Below are positions 1 to 8,761 of a stretch of 64,000 nucleotides of DNA, piece after piece; positions within the stretch are counted from its first letter, which is position 1; each line of letters begins with the position of its first letter. A program made the translations under genes and the position numbers. The stretch covers positions 62,001 to 126,000 of IMG/VR virus record IMGVR_UViG_3300017987_000001. One strand, given 5' to 3'. Below the pieces are notes generated by a model. That model ran no database searches. It saw only the letters and a list, made by a program, of their open reading frames with translations, and was not told the DNA's origin.

Positions 1-265
1 GCCCGAGCAACGACGCTTGCGTACCCGTCCAGTACGAGATCTCCATCACCACGCCAGTACCGAAAACCGACAATTGCGACAGGTAGAAGTTCGCGGGGCT
101 GTAGTTGAGGCCGCCGTTCACCGAGATCACCATGTCGGCGAGGAAATTGTTCGGTAGCGTGTATGTTGACGTCGTGTCCTGCCGCGTGGCAGCCTCGCTG
201 AGCGGATACGCGCGCAGCTCGTTCTGATTCAGCCAGCCGACGTTAACAACGCCCTGCGCAGGCAT
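1..265 (-). CDS. Partial gene running off the left edge; probable baseplate/tail structural protein (MPAQGVVNVGWLNQNELRAYPLSEAATR...)
   Basis: Translated by hand: GAGGAG RBS, ATG at 265, open to position 1; follows the 629-aa gene in the same operon. Not in the ORF track. Confidence 0.7.
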   Translation of the reverse strand, partial: MPAQGVVNVGWLNQNELRAYPLSEAATRQDTTSTYTLPNNFLADMVISVNGGLNYSPANFYLSQLSVFGTGVVMEISYWTGTQASLLG

Positions 266-277
266 AGGAACTCCTCG

Positions 278-2167
278 TTACGTTTTGACGACGCGTGCTC
301 CGAAGCGCATGATGCCGAAGCCGTCGGACGGGCCGCCAGTGCCATCCCATCCAATTGTGAAGTCCACTGTATCGCCCATCGCCACGCTGAAGAAGTCCGT
401 TTCTGCCGGACCATACTCACCTGCGGCAAGGGTCAACCCCGGCGTCCAGTCGCCACCGCCGCCTTCGATATCCGTGTCCGCAACCGGAAGGGCGGTAGCT
501 GCTGTCGGCTGCGCGTAGCGACGGTACGTCGCTTCCAGCGCGGGGATGGCCCCGGCAGAGCGGCCTACGAACCAGAACCACAGCTGCAGCTCTAGTGGGC
601 TGGACAGACCGAGGCGGGGGATCTCGACCCGCCCACGCATGCTCGAAGGACGCCCTGCCGGGAAATGGAGGTAATAGAACAGATTCGCACTGTCGTATGC
701 CTCAAGGATGTCATTCAGCGCGACGATCGTGATCTGGTATTCTTTCGGATCCCCGGTTGTGTCTTCGAGCTGGACCTGCAGATCTCCATGGTAGAAGCCT
801 TCGTCGTCTACCGACCAATCGGTATCTTCCGTGCCGACGCCGACCACTTCCGCGCCCGTACCGGCCTTCAGCCCGATCACGGCCGGACCGCGCTGGACCT
901 TGTCGGTGCTGAAGCTCTTGACTACGGCGATGCCCGCAACAGGCTCTTCGACCTCCAAGAGGCTGAGGTCGAGGTAGCTGAAGATCCTGCCTGCGCTGGC
1001 CTCATTGCCGTCACAGTCCACGTACCGAATCGGCGTGGTGTCGCTGAGCGGAGACAGCTCGTTGACCACGTTCGGATCGGTCTTGTAGACCATCTTCGAG
1101 TACCACAGAATGAGCCGCTTCTCGTCGAGCCACGTGTCGTCGAGGCCGAGGTACTCAAGCGGCGTGTGACAATGGTACTCCGGCTCCCCGGAAGAGGTCG
1201 AGGGGTCCGGGCCGAACGACTGCGAGGATGAGGACGACTCACACTCGGGGTAGCTCGGCGCCCACGGAGCCGCACCGTAACAGTTCTCCATCCACCACAG
1301 CCCACTGCAGTCGATGATCGCCGTCGGGCGCTCTGTGGCATTGATCGGCAGTCCGTAGCCGTTCTGCTCCAGATAGACGCTGCCACTCGGGTTCGGCGGC
1401 CACACCTTCTGCAGTTCCGGATGCTGCGCGAGGTTGTAGCCGAACTTGGCACCGTCCGGAGCTGCGCCTTGGAACAGCGGGTGATCGGCCGGTAGCCAGC
1501 CCTGCTGGGTCGGGTCCGGGTCGACCACCTGATGAACTTGGCCGTCCCCCCGCACGACGCAGTTCGCCTCGCCTGCGGGCTTGGCGTACAGCTCAAACTT
1601 GTAGTGCACGTGATCTTCGAGCAGGTCACGCGGCGTCGGCATGAAGTGGAACGTGTCGTCGCCACGATTGTAGAGCACGTAGACGCTGATGGCGGGCTTC
1701 TGCAGCGTCAGCTTACCCGGCGTCTGCATCGATAGGAAGTACGGACCTACCTCGTCCGGACCGCCGTTGACGATCGCGTTCGTCAGGTCGAAGTCGCGCA
1801 GCGTACCAGCCGTCAGGATGTGGCCCGCTTCCGTACCAGTCTTCGCGTACACCATACCGACAACGAAGGCGGACGGTGCGAGCATGTACCAGCCCGCCGT
1901 CTGGTTGAACTCGACGGCAGCCAGCGCGCGCTTGTACCCGTTGTAGGTCTCGTCGAAGTAGACGAGATCGCCCGGAGCCGCGTCGGCTTCGATCTTCTGG
2001 TAGTGCAGGAAGAGTGCTTCCCCTGCGGTGATCGAATTCAGCCGCTCATAGAGGTACTGCGTCCGCGCGGTCAACTGGCGCGGCGCGCGGTTCGCGACGG
2101 AGGCTTTGACGTCCTCTCCGTTCACGATGTAGTGGATCAGCTGTTCCCACGGAGTCATTACCGCCAT
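278..2167 (-). CDS. Virion structural protein of the baseplate/fibre-attachment region (629 aa), with poly-Ser tract
   Basis: Long acidic beta-rich ORF with RBS, directly downstream of the baseplate wedge genes; contains CESSSSSQS. Confidence 0.6.
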   Translation of the reverse strand: MAVMTPWEQLIHYIVNGEDVKASVANRAPRQLTARTQYLYERLNSITAGEALFLHYQKIEADAAPGDLVYFDETYNGYKRALAAVEFNQTAGWYMLAPSAFVVGMVYAKTGTEAGHILTAGTLRDFDLTNAIVNGGPDEVGPYFLSMQTPGKLTLQKPAISVYVLYNRGDDTFHFMPTPRDLLEDHVHYKFELYAKPAGEANCVVRGDGQVHQVVDPDPTQQGWLPADHPLFQGAAPDGAKFGYNLAQHPELQKVWPPNPSGSVYLEQNGYGLPINATERPTAIIDCSGLWWMENCYGAAPWAPSYPECESSSSSQSFGPDPSTSSGEPEYHCHTPLEYLGLDDTWLDEKRLILWYSKMVYKTDPNVVNELSPLSDTTPIRYVDCDGNEASAGRIFSYLDLSLLEVEEPVAGIAVVKSFSTDKVQRGPAVIGLKAGTGAEVVGVGTEDTDWSVDDEGFYHGDLQVQLEDTTGDPKEYQITIVALNDILEAYDSANLFYYLHFPAGRPSSMRGRVEIPRLGLSSPLELQLWFWFVGRSAGAIPALEATYRRYAQPTAATALPVADTDIEGGGGDWTPGLTLAAGEYGPAETDFFSVAMGDTVDFTIGWDGTGGPSDGFGIMRFGARVVKT

Positions 2168-2177
2168 GCTGCTCCCC

Positions 2178-2804
2178 TTACCGGAATCGGATCAGATACT
2201 GAGCGCCGATCTGGTATCCGTCTTCCTTCGGCACCGGGTCGAATCCATCATACGACCGGCTGAACAGCAGGTCGCTCGTGTATTGTGCAGGAGTCGGGGT
2301 GGCCGCCAGCGCAACGCCGTAGACCTTGCTGTTCGCGGCGTTGCTGAATGCCTTCCCATGCGTACCCTGCGTGCCAGACGTGATCGCGAAGAAGGTTGCC
2401 TGATTCCCGTCGTACTTGTCCGAGTCCGACGAGGAGAAGCCCGCCGGGATGACAAGCGGAACGCGCACGTAGTCCTTCGTCGCGCTCAGGTTCAGCGTGT
2501 CGAGGTAGTAGCTGATGTCCTCGTCTCGCTGCGGCGACGGGATCGTCGGTGCTCCCGCCGTATTCTCGTACTCGAAGTACATCGCTCCCGCTGCGTAGGT
2601 AACGTCCCCCGCGAGTGCGCGAGCGAGCACGTCTGCCCCCTGATACGGGATGAGGTTCTTCTGCTCGACGAGGTGCTTGATCTCCCCGGTCTGCTCGTGG
2701 AAGCTGAAGATTCTCCACCACGTCTCGACATCCTTGTCGAGGTGGATCAGTTCGATGCGCGCATCGAGCTGGGCCTTGATCACAGGGATCAGCTTGGGGT
2801 TCAT
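2178..2804 (-). CDS. Baseplate wedge/tail-collar-type protein (208 aa)
   Basis: KNLIPYQG..LA N-terminal pattern and LFSR...Y.I.F C-terminus resemble phage collar/wedge proteins; ATGA overlap with the upstream gene. Confidence 0.55.
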   Translation of the reverse strand: MNPKLIPVIKAQLDARIELIHLDKDVETWWRIFSFHEQTGEIKHLVEQKNLIPYQGADVLARALAGDVTYAAGAMYFEYENTAGAPTIPSPQRDEDISYYLDTLNLSATKDYVRVPLVIPAGFSSSDSDKYDGNQATFFAITSGTQGTHGKAFSNAANSKVYGVALAATPTPAQYTSDLLFSRSYDGFDPVPKEDGYQIGAQYLIRFR

Positions 2805-4393
2805 CGGCAGACCTCCGCTACTTTGAAGACACCGAGGACAACGTCCTCATAGGACGGGTCGCCCGCTGAAGCCTCGCTGTACTCGTCGAGGTTCTCGGCG
2901 TCCGGTATGATGCCATTGAAACGCTCGGTATCCTCAGATACACCCGGCGTCTCGTCGGAACCAGCCGTGGACAAATCAATCGTATCAGCAGACGGTGCTA
3001 TTTCAACGAAGATCAGCAGTGACGTGTGCGGCGGTACGACCGGCCGGATGTGGCGCAGGAACGCCAGTCCCGGAGCGTCAGAGTCGACCGCCGACGTGCG
3101 TATCTTCATGAACCACAGGTTGTTGCGCATGATCCGATCCATCGCGAACTCCAACGGATTGATCGTGCTGGGGAGATTCACCGGCAGCGGCTGCGTGGCC
3201 GGGTTGTCGCGCAGGTCGAGCAGCTCCGCGAGCGTTTCTTCGCCTGTCGCCAGTGCTACCTCCATCGCCTTCGCGAAGAAGAGATCGACGTCCGCCGGGT
3301 AGCCCTGAATACGGAACGTGACTACCGCCTTCCCCTCGGCATTGACGCCGCCGTACTCCACATCTACTTCACCGTTCTCGAAGACCAGCTCGGAGAAGTA
3401 GCCTCCCGACAGGTAGTTCTCACTAATCGAGATACCGGGCAGCTCGGAGTAATCGGGCGCGTTCCCGGCGCAGTCCACCACGGTGACGGCGTCGGTCAGC
3501 TCCTGTCCAGCGAAGAGCGTATCGCCGATGCTCACGATCACTTCGGCTTCGAGCGAGAACTCATAGACATGCTTGTCCGTAATCACGAGCTTTCGATCGA
3601 CCTCGGTGACGATATCCTCCACTGTCTCGGTCGGCTCAATGACGAACGGTACGCCGAGCATGGCCGATACCATCATCTGGATCGACTTCATGTTCGAACC
3701 GAACGCGTAGGCGTCCCAGAGTGCGTTGGTCAGTTCCTTGAAGAACTCCGTGGACTCGGCAACGAGATCGACAGCGAACGACCAGTGCTGGTAGATGTAC
3801 TCCTGATCCCACTTGCCCTTGAAGACCCACAGGCCGATCTCTTCGTCGACCAGCTCGCCTTCGTCGTTGTACACGTCACGCTTCGCCACGTAGCCACTCT
3901 CGAACGGATCCTCACGGAAGCGGAGCAGCTTGCGTTCCTTGTCGATGTCGTAGTCGACCCCGAACGTCCACGTCTTGCTCGGGTAGAGCACGCGGTTGTA
4001 GATGGCATACGGCATCTCGGTCAGCTCACCGAAGAAGTCATCCTCTGGCAGCGGGAACAGGAACTCCTCCGTCTGCGGGTCGCCATAGCGTGCTCCGCTT
4101 CCGTAGGTCAGGTTGTCCTGCCCATAGACACGGAAGACGTTGTCCTTGTCGCTGGCCTTGAGCACGAGGAGATACCAGTTCTCGGTGTGAAAGACCGGGG
4201 TAAGGTACCGGCTGATGAGCGCGACGGTCTCAAGATAGTCGTCGTGTGCCTGCTCCTGACGGTGTCCGACCGACCGCAGATGCGTGTACAGCTTGTCCCG
4301 GTCTTGGAAGTACCAGTACCAGAAGCTACCCAGTGCGGTGAGCAGCTGCTTGCCGTACTGATCTCCGGTCGGGTATGTGGTCGGTGCCGTCAT
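2801..4393 (-). CDS. Baseplate wedge subunit (P2 gpI/T4 gp7-like position, 530 aa)
   Basis: Follows the baseplate J-like gene; C-terminal IRPVVPPHT matches the 'xxPAHT' ending of gpI-like wedge proteins. Confidence 0.6.
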   Translation of the reverse strand: MTAPTTYPTGDQYGKQLLTALGSFWYWYFQDRDKLYTHLRSVGHRQEQAHDDYLETVALISRYLTPVFHTENWYLLVLKASDKDNVFRVYGQDNLTYGSGARYGDPQTEEFLFPLPEDDFFGELTEMPYAIYNRVLYPSKTWTFGVDYDIDKERKLLRFREDPFESGYVAKRDVYNDEGELVDEEIGLWVFKGKWDQEYIYQHWSFAVDLVAESTEFFKELTNALWDAYAFGSNMKSIQMMVSAMLGVPFVIEPTETVEDIVTEVDRKLVITDKHVYEFSLEAEVIVSIGDTLFAGQELTDAVTVVDCAGNAPDYSELPGISISENYLSGGYFSELVFENGEVDVEYGGVNAEGKAVVTFRIQGYPADVDLFFAKAMEVALATGEETLAELLDLRDNPATQPLPVNLPSTINPLEFAMDRIMRNNLWFMKIRTSAVDSDAPGLAFLRHIRPVVPPHTSLLIFVEIAPSADTIDLSTAGSDETPGVSEDTERFNGIIPDAENLDEYSEASAGDPSYEDVVLGVFKVAEVCR

Positions 4394-4400
4394 CTCTCAC

Positions 4401-6056
4401 TCAGATCTGCTTGGTGGCCATCGGCACTTCGGCAATGCTCACGTCATCCTCGTCCAGATAGAAGCACGTCGTCCTCTGCGAGACGCCCCGCTCCGGCAGG
4501 TCCGGGATCTCCAGCAGGTTAGGATCCCGCAGCTCGATCCGCCCGGTCGGTACGGTATCGGGCGGGTAGATGTAGGCATGCATCTCGATCGGAGTCACGA
4601 CTGCCGACCCGTATGGCTCGACCAACCCCATCGCCGCGTCCACGAGCAGCGCCATGAAGAGCTTGCCGGTGTTGAATCCGATACTGTTTGCCCGGCTTGC
4701 CACGGCCTGCTTCATCGCGGAGATATCGAAGGACGCCGTCGTGGTGCGCCGCTGCACCTGCATGCTGACGGCGGTGAGCGCCGGGACGGGTGCCTTCACG
4801 AGGTAGTCGCCCGTAGGCGGGCGCTTGGAGCGATCGACCGTCAGGTTGTGCACCGCCTGAATATTGATCATCCGCAGTACGTAGATGTCGTACTCGGCTG
4901 TCGCGCCGATCAGCGTCGTAGGGTCGGTGGATGGATCCTCAAACGTGATGACGGCTGTCTGGTAGCGCGTGTACGCCGCCTCTTGGATGTTCTCGATGGT
5001 CTGAACGAACTCGTCCTGATCGGGGGTCAAGTCGTAGCCCCGTACCTCCGTCTGAATCTCCAGACTTCCATCGAACGCCGTCTCGCCCTTCTGCACCACG
5101 GCACTGATGAGGTAGAAGCCCGGAGCGTCGTTGCGGCCGATCGTGGCTGTCCACAGGTTACTCCCAAGATATGAACAGCTCTTCGTCACCTTGAGTTCGT
5201 CGGGGACGGGGGCCGTTCGGACGTAGAGATCCGCCTTACCACCGGTGCTCAGCTCGAAGATGTTATGCCGATCGCGCAGCATCTCGGAGTCACCGAACCC
5301 GACCTGCGAGACCGCCTGAATGTCATCCACCTCATCACGAATCAACGCTTCAATCTGCGCACGCCCGGAGAAGACCTTCGGAGCGATCCCCGACTGCGCG
5401 CGCTGTACCAGCTCCGCATTCGTCTCGGCGCTGGTGCCTCCCTCGAAGTCCTGCGCGGCAGTGATGTCGATCACACCCGCAATCGTCGGTGATACCGTGA
5501 AGCGCGAGTTGCGCTTCATCTGATACGTGCTGCCAGTCTCCTCGGCGGTAACGGGCACCGTGAAGACATAGGAGCCATCGGTACGCTCTTCAATCAGCCG
5601 CTCGCCCGTACCAAGCACGGCGTCCGCCGTCGTGACTCCCACATACGCCTGAGAGACGACGAAGTTCAATCCGTTCGCCGTGAAGACCGAGTTCGCCGGG
5701 ACGGCCGTCGTGGCCAGCTCGGAGATAATGATCGCGACCAGCCCGGTAGCCTTGCTGCCTTCGAAGCGTGTAATCCCGTAGTTCGCGAAGACGGCGTCCG
5801 TCATGTCCTCGTCGGCGAGGTCGGGATTCTCAGCAATCACCAGCGGGGAGAAGGACTGCTTCAGCGTATCAATGTCCGCCCGGTTGATAGCGTGAACGAT
5901 CGCGGCAGGCCGAATCACGTTCTCGTAGATCACACGGTTCTCCGTGAGATCCATGGACGGGAACTCTTCCTTCAGCAATTGACGAAGATACTCTTCGGCT
6001 TGGGTGATCGCCGACTCGGGAATATCATCGAAGGATAGGGTGCTCTCGCTGACCAT
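4401..6056 (-). CDS. Baseplate J-like wedge protein (T4 gp6/P2 gpJ family, 551 aa)
   Basis: ITRFEGSKATG, VPVTAEETGSTY and FEGGTSAETNAELVQRA are characteristic Baseplate_J motifs. Confidence 0.85.
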   Translation of the reverse strand: MVSESTLSFDDIPESAITQAEEYLRQLLKEEFPSMDLTENRVIYENVIRPAAIVHAINRADIDTLKQSFSPLVIAENPDLADEDMTDAVFANYGITRFEGSKATGLVAIIISELATTAVPANSVFTANGLNFVVSQAYVGVTTADAVLGTGERLIEERTDGSYVFTVPVTAEETGSTYQMKRNSRFTVSPTIAGVIDITAAQDFEGGTSAETNAELVQRAQSGIAPKVFSGRAQIEALIRDEVDDIQAVSQVGFGDSEMLRDRHNIFELSTGGKADLYVRTAPVPDELKVTKSCSYLGSNLWTATIGRNDAPGFYLISAVVQKGETAFDGSLEIQTEVRGYDLTPDQDEFVQTIENIQEAAYTRYQTAVITFEDPSTDPTTLIGATAEYDIYVLRMINIQAVHNLTVDRSKRPPTGDYLVKAPVPALTAVSMQVQRRTTTASFDISAMKQAVASRANSIGFNTGKLFMALLVDAAMGLVEPYGSAVVTPIEMHAYIYPPDTVPTGRIELRDPNLLEIPDLPERGVSQRTTCFYLDEDDVSIAEVPMATKQI

Positions 6057-7006
6057 TAGTCTCTCCCGAGCATGTATCCAAGGCCGCCGAGCAGCAGCGG
6101 AATGATAGCGAACAAGCTCTTACGTCCGAGCTTGCTTGGAATGTACTTACTGAAGCGACCGGTGCGTCCGAACGTCGCAGCGGTTCCCGGTATATTCCTG
6201 TATGCAGCCATCCGGCCCTTCGGTCTCGTCTTCTTGAGCTGCTCCAGCGACTCGCGCGCTGCCGTCTCCAGCAAGCCTATGTGCTTCTTGCCCTTGAGCG
6301 GAGTGGCCTTCTGTAGGTGCGTGATCAGATCGTCGTAGTCCGGCATGGCCGCACCGCCGCCAAGCCACTTGGCTGCACCCGTAGGCGCGGCAGGACTGAA
6401 CGACTGTAGCTGTGTCTTAATGGCATTCGATACCGCTGTCGGGATCCCCGGTACGGCTCCCTTACCGGGTGTTGAGCGAGCGGCAAGATCCTTGAGCAGT
6501 TGCTTAATATCCGCCGACCCCGGCTTGTGGCCGCCATATTTGCCACTGCGTAGCTGATCGACGAGCCAGTCGACAGCACGCCCGCCTTCCTTGCTGCTCA
6601 GTCCACTGTGCGGAATCGATCGAAGATACTGAGGCAGCCGCTTGCCGCTCATTGAAGCTACGTTGATACCGGACAACTGCTTTTCGAGCGCGCCACGCAG
6701 TCCGGGCTGCTGCATGAACCCCGGAACGCGTGGGGTGCCGACCGGTCCGGTATCCTTGAGTGTCTTCATGATAGCGCCAACATCGGGAAGTCCGGTGACA
6801 CCCGGGCCAAGCCTGCCCGACAGCTCCTTGAGTACTTCGCTGCCAGCATACGCTCCGGCACCGGCCCCAGCGCCAAGCCCGAGCAGGCTGCCGAGCGACG
6901 GCCACCACGACCCACCACCTTCAACCGAACTCGGCTGGATCTTGAAGGTCTCCTCCGCTTTCTTTGCGAATGGAGCTGGGATCCCCGGAAGTGCACTCAG
7001 CTTCAT
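6056..7006 (-). CDS. Basic Gly-rich membrane-type protein with N-terminal KxA motif (316 aa), cargo-like
   Basis: Start moved to ATG 7006 (AGGGG RBS, no overlap with the upstream gene); PFAKKA, LGSLLGLGAGAGAGAYAG zipper and a C-terminal hydrophobic helix. Confidence 0.65.
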   Translation of the reverse strand: MKLSALPGIPAPFAKKAEETFKIQPSSVEGGGSWWPSLGSLLGLGAGAGAGAYAGSEVLKELSGRLGPGVTGLPDVGAIMKTLKDTGPVGTPRVPGFMQQPGLRGALEKQLSGINVASMSGKRLPQYLRSIPHSGLSSKEGGRAVDWLVDQLRSGKYGGHKPGSADIKQLLKDLAARSTPGKGAVPGIPTAVSNAIKTQLQSFSPAAPTGAAKWLGGGAAMPDYDDLITHLQKATPLKGKKHIGLLETAARESLEQLKKTRPKGRMAAYRNIPGTAATFGRTGRFSKYIPSKLGRKSLFAIIPLLLGGLGYMLGRD

Positions 7007-7014
7007 GACAACCC

Positions 7015-7485
7015 CTATTTCACCGAGACCGAGATCGGGAGGAACACGGTCCGAGACTCTTCGGCAACCGTCCATATTCGCACGCGCAGGTACAGCCGCG
7101 ACGCCAGTCGATCGATACGATATTCGAGCAGCTCCGCGCGCAACAGCGTCTCGTCGTCTTCGAGATTCTGCCCGACGGCGTCAGCCGCCATCGTACGCGC
7201 TACCTGCGCAGCCGCCAACGCGAACTCGGCCGGGATATCCTCGTCCAACTGGATACGCCCCGCGCGCACCGCGAGCACGAATGTGCTTCCACGCGTCGGC
7301 TCATTCAGCACGGTGCCCTGATCTGTCAGGAACAGGATCGTCCACGTTTGCGCGACCTTCTGGACACCCGTGCATAGCTGGCCAGCCTCACCCCATGCAA
7401 GCTCGGTAAGTTGATCGCCGAACTCCTCGACACCTTGGAAGATCAGCAGATCTACCGTGCGCCCGGTGTAATCAGTGCTAGCCAT
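7015..7485 (-). CDS. Baseplate wedge/sheath initiator, gp25/GPW-like (156 aa)
   Basis: GVQKVAQ..ILFLTDQGTVLNEPTRGSTF matches the gp25-like 'LLT.GE.P..G' pattern; size and synteny agree. Confidence 0.75.
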   Translation of the reverse strand: MASTDYTGRTVDLLIFQGVEEFGDQLTELAWGEAGQLCTGVQKVAQTWTILFLTDQGTVLNEPTRGSTFVLAVRAGRIQLDEDIPAEFALAAAQVARTMAADAVGQNLEDDETLLRAELLEYRIDRLASRLYLRVRIWTVAEESRTVFLPISVSVK

Positions 7486-7918
7486 CGCGTTGGTAGTCCT
7501 CGGCTTTCAGGAAGATCCGCGAGAAGTAGTCGATCGTACGACGGCGAATACTACCCTTCTCGTTTCCGTTCCCGGCGCGACGCGACATCGCGTGCGCTAC
7601 CATCCTGATGCGACTACGCCACTGCATACGCTTATCGCGTTCGAACGCCGCCATGAAGTCGCCCTGCAGTTTCGGCAGCGCCAGCTCGTTCGACTTCGAC
7701 TCCTTGTCATTCGATGCCTTGATGTACTTCTCTTCGACATCGTCACGACTGAACGTATCGTGGAGCTTCTCCTCGTCCTTCTCCTCGATCGGTGTCTTCA
7801 TCGTCTGATCGGCAAAGGTCATCCACGCACGTGGCTTTGACTGATCGAACGCTGCATCAGCGACGGACTTCTCGTGCGCAACAAGAGTCTCGATGAGCTT
7901 CTCGAATCCTTTGTCCAT
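7478..7918 (-). CDS. Hypothetical protein (146 aa)
   Basis: ATG at 7918, immediately after the sigma-factor stop; fills the operon gap. Confidence 0.6.
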   Translation of the reverse strand: MDKGFEKLIETLVAHEKSVADAAFDQSKPRAWMTFADQTMKTPIEEKDEEKLHDTFSRDDVEEKYIKASNDKESKSNELALPKLQGDFMAAFERDKRMQWRSRIRMVAHAMSRRAGNGNEKGSIRRRTIDYFSRIFLKAEDYQRDG

Positions 7919-7919
7919 C

Positions 7920-8702
7920 TCAGCTGCCAAGGTCGCGTCCTTCCTCAAGCTTCATAGCGATCTTCGCCGCGCGCTGCGATACCGCGCTCGGCGTGATCCC
8001 CAGCCGTCGTGCGATCTCGTTGGTGGAGATTACCTGCTTGCCATACAGGCCGGTCTTCCACTCAAGGATCTTCTTGTCGATCGGATCGAGGTCGTGATGC
8101 ACGTACTCCAGCCAGATATCGTCGGCAGTTATCTCCTCCGTCCCCGGCAGCACCACGCCTGACTCAGGCGTATGAGTCTGCCCGGTAGCGACAATGCCTT
8201 TGGAGAACATGCGAAGGCGTGAGATTCGCTTGCCCGACAGTCCCGTCAGCTCCGACAGCTCTGAGTCCGACGGATCTCGGTTGTTTGTCTCGCGAAATTC
8301 ACGTTCGGCCAGATCGAGATGATACTTATCAGCCTGAATTCGCTCGGGGATCTTGACCGGAGTGGTACGCTTCATGAACTCGCGGCGAAGCGGCTGCAAC
8401 TGAATCAGTAGGTGTGTCTGTAGCTTTGCTCCCCGCTCGGGGTCGTACTTCTTGAATGCATCAATCGCTAATCGCTTCGCCCGGCCAGTCAGCGCTTTCT
8501 CGCCACCGGCGTAGCTCGTCAACGCCTTGGAGATTACCGGGTTAGCTGCCCTAAGTAGCTTGTTCAGCGTCGTCGGTGTGGGACTGCGGCGCCACTGATC
8601 ATAAGAAGCATCTAGGTTGCTCGGCTCTTGCCGAACAACCTTGTCGAATCCGAAGTTCTCGACCGCGAACTTCTTTGGTGGCTGCTTCTTAGGCTTTGGC
8701 AT
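7920..8702 (-). CDS. Phage RNA polymerase sigma factor, sigma-70 family (FliA/SigF-like, 260 aa)
   Basis: Region 2 AFKKYDPERGAKLQTHL, VKIPER, region 3 RDPSDSELSELTGLS, region 4 HTH STNEIARRLGITPSAVSQR. Confidence 0.9.
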   Translation of the reverse strand: MPKPKKQPPKKFAVENFGFDKVVRQEPSNLDASYDQWRRSPTPTTLNKLLRAANPVISKALTSYAGGEKALTGRAKRLAIDAFKKYDPERGAKLQTHLLIQLQPLRREFMKRTTPVKIPERIQADKYHLDLAEREFRETNNRDPSDSELSELTGLSGKRISRLRMFSKGIVATGQTHTPESGVVLPGTEEITADDIWLEYVHHDLDPIDKKILEWKTGLYGKQVISTNEIARRLGITPSAVSQRAAKIAMKLEEGRDLGS

Positions 8703-8727
8703 TACTGCTCCAGTTCACTGCTCGCGC

Positions 8728-8736
8728 ATTATAGCA
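8728..8736 (-). promoter_or_regulatory. Extended -10 promoter (TGCTATAAT) upstream of the sigma factor gene
   Basis: Perfect TGnTATAAT in a 60-bp intergenic gap of a GC-rich genome, ahead of a GGAG RBS. Confidence 0.65.
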
Positions 8737-8761
8737 TCGTCTGATACGGATAGCTAGAGAC

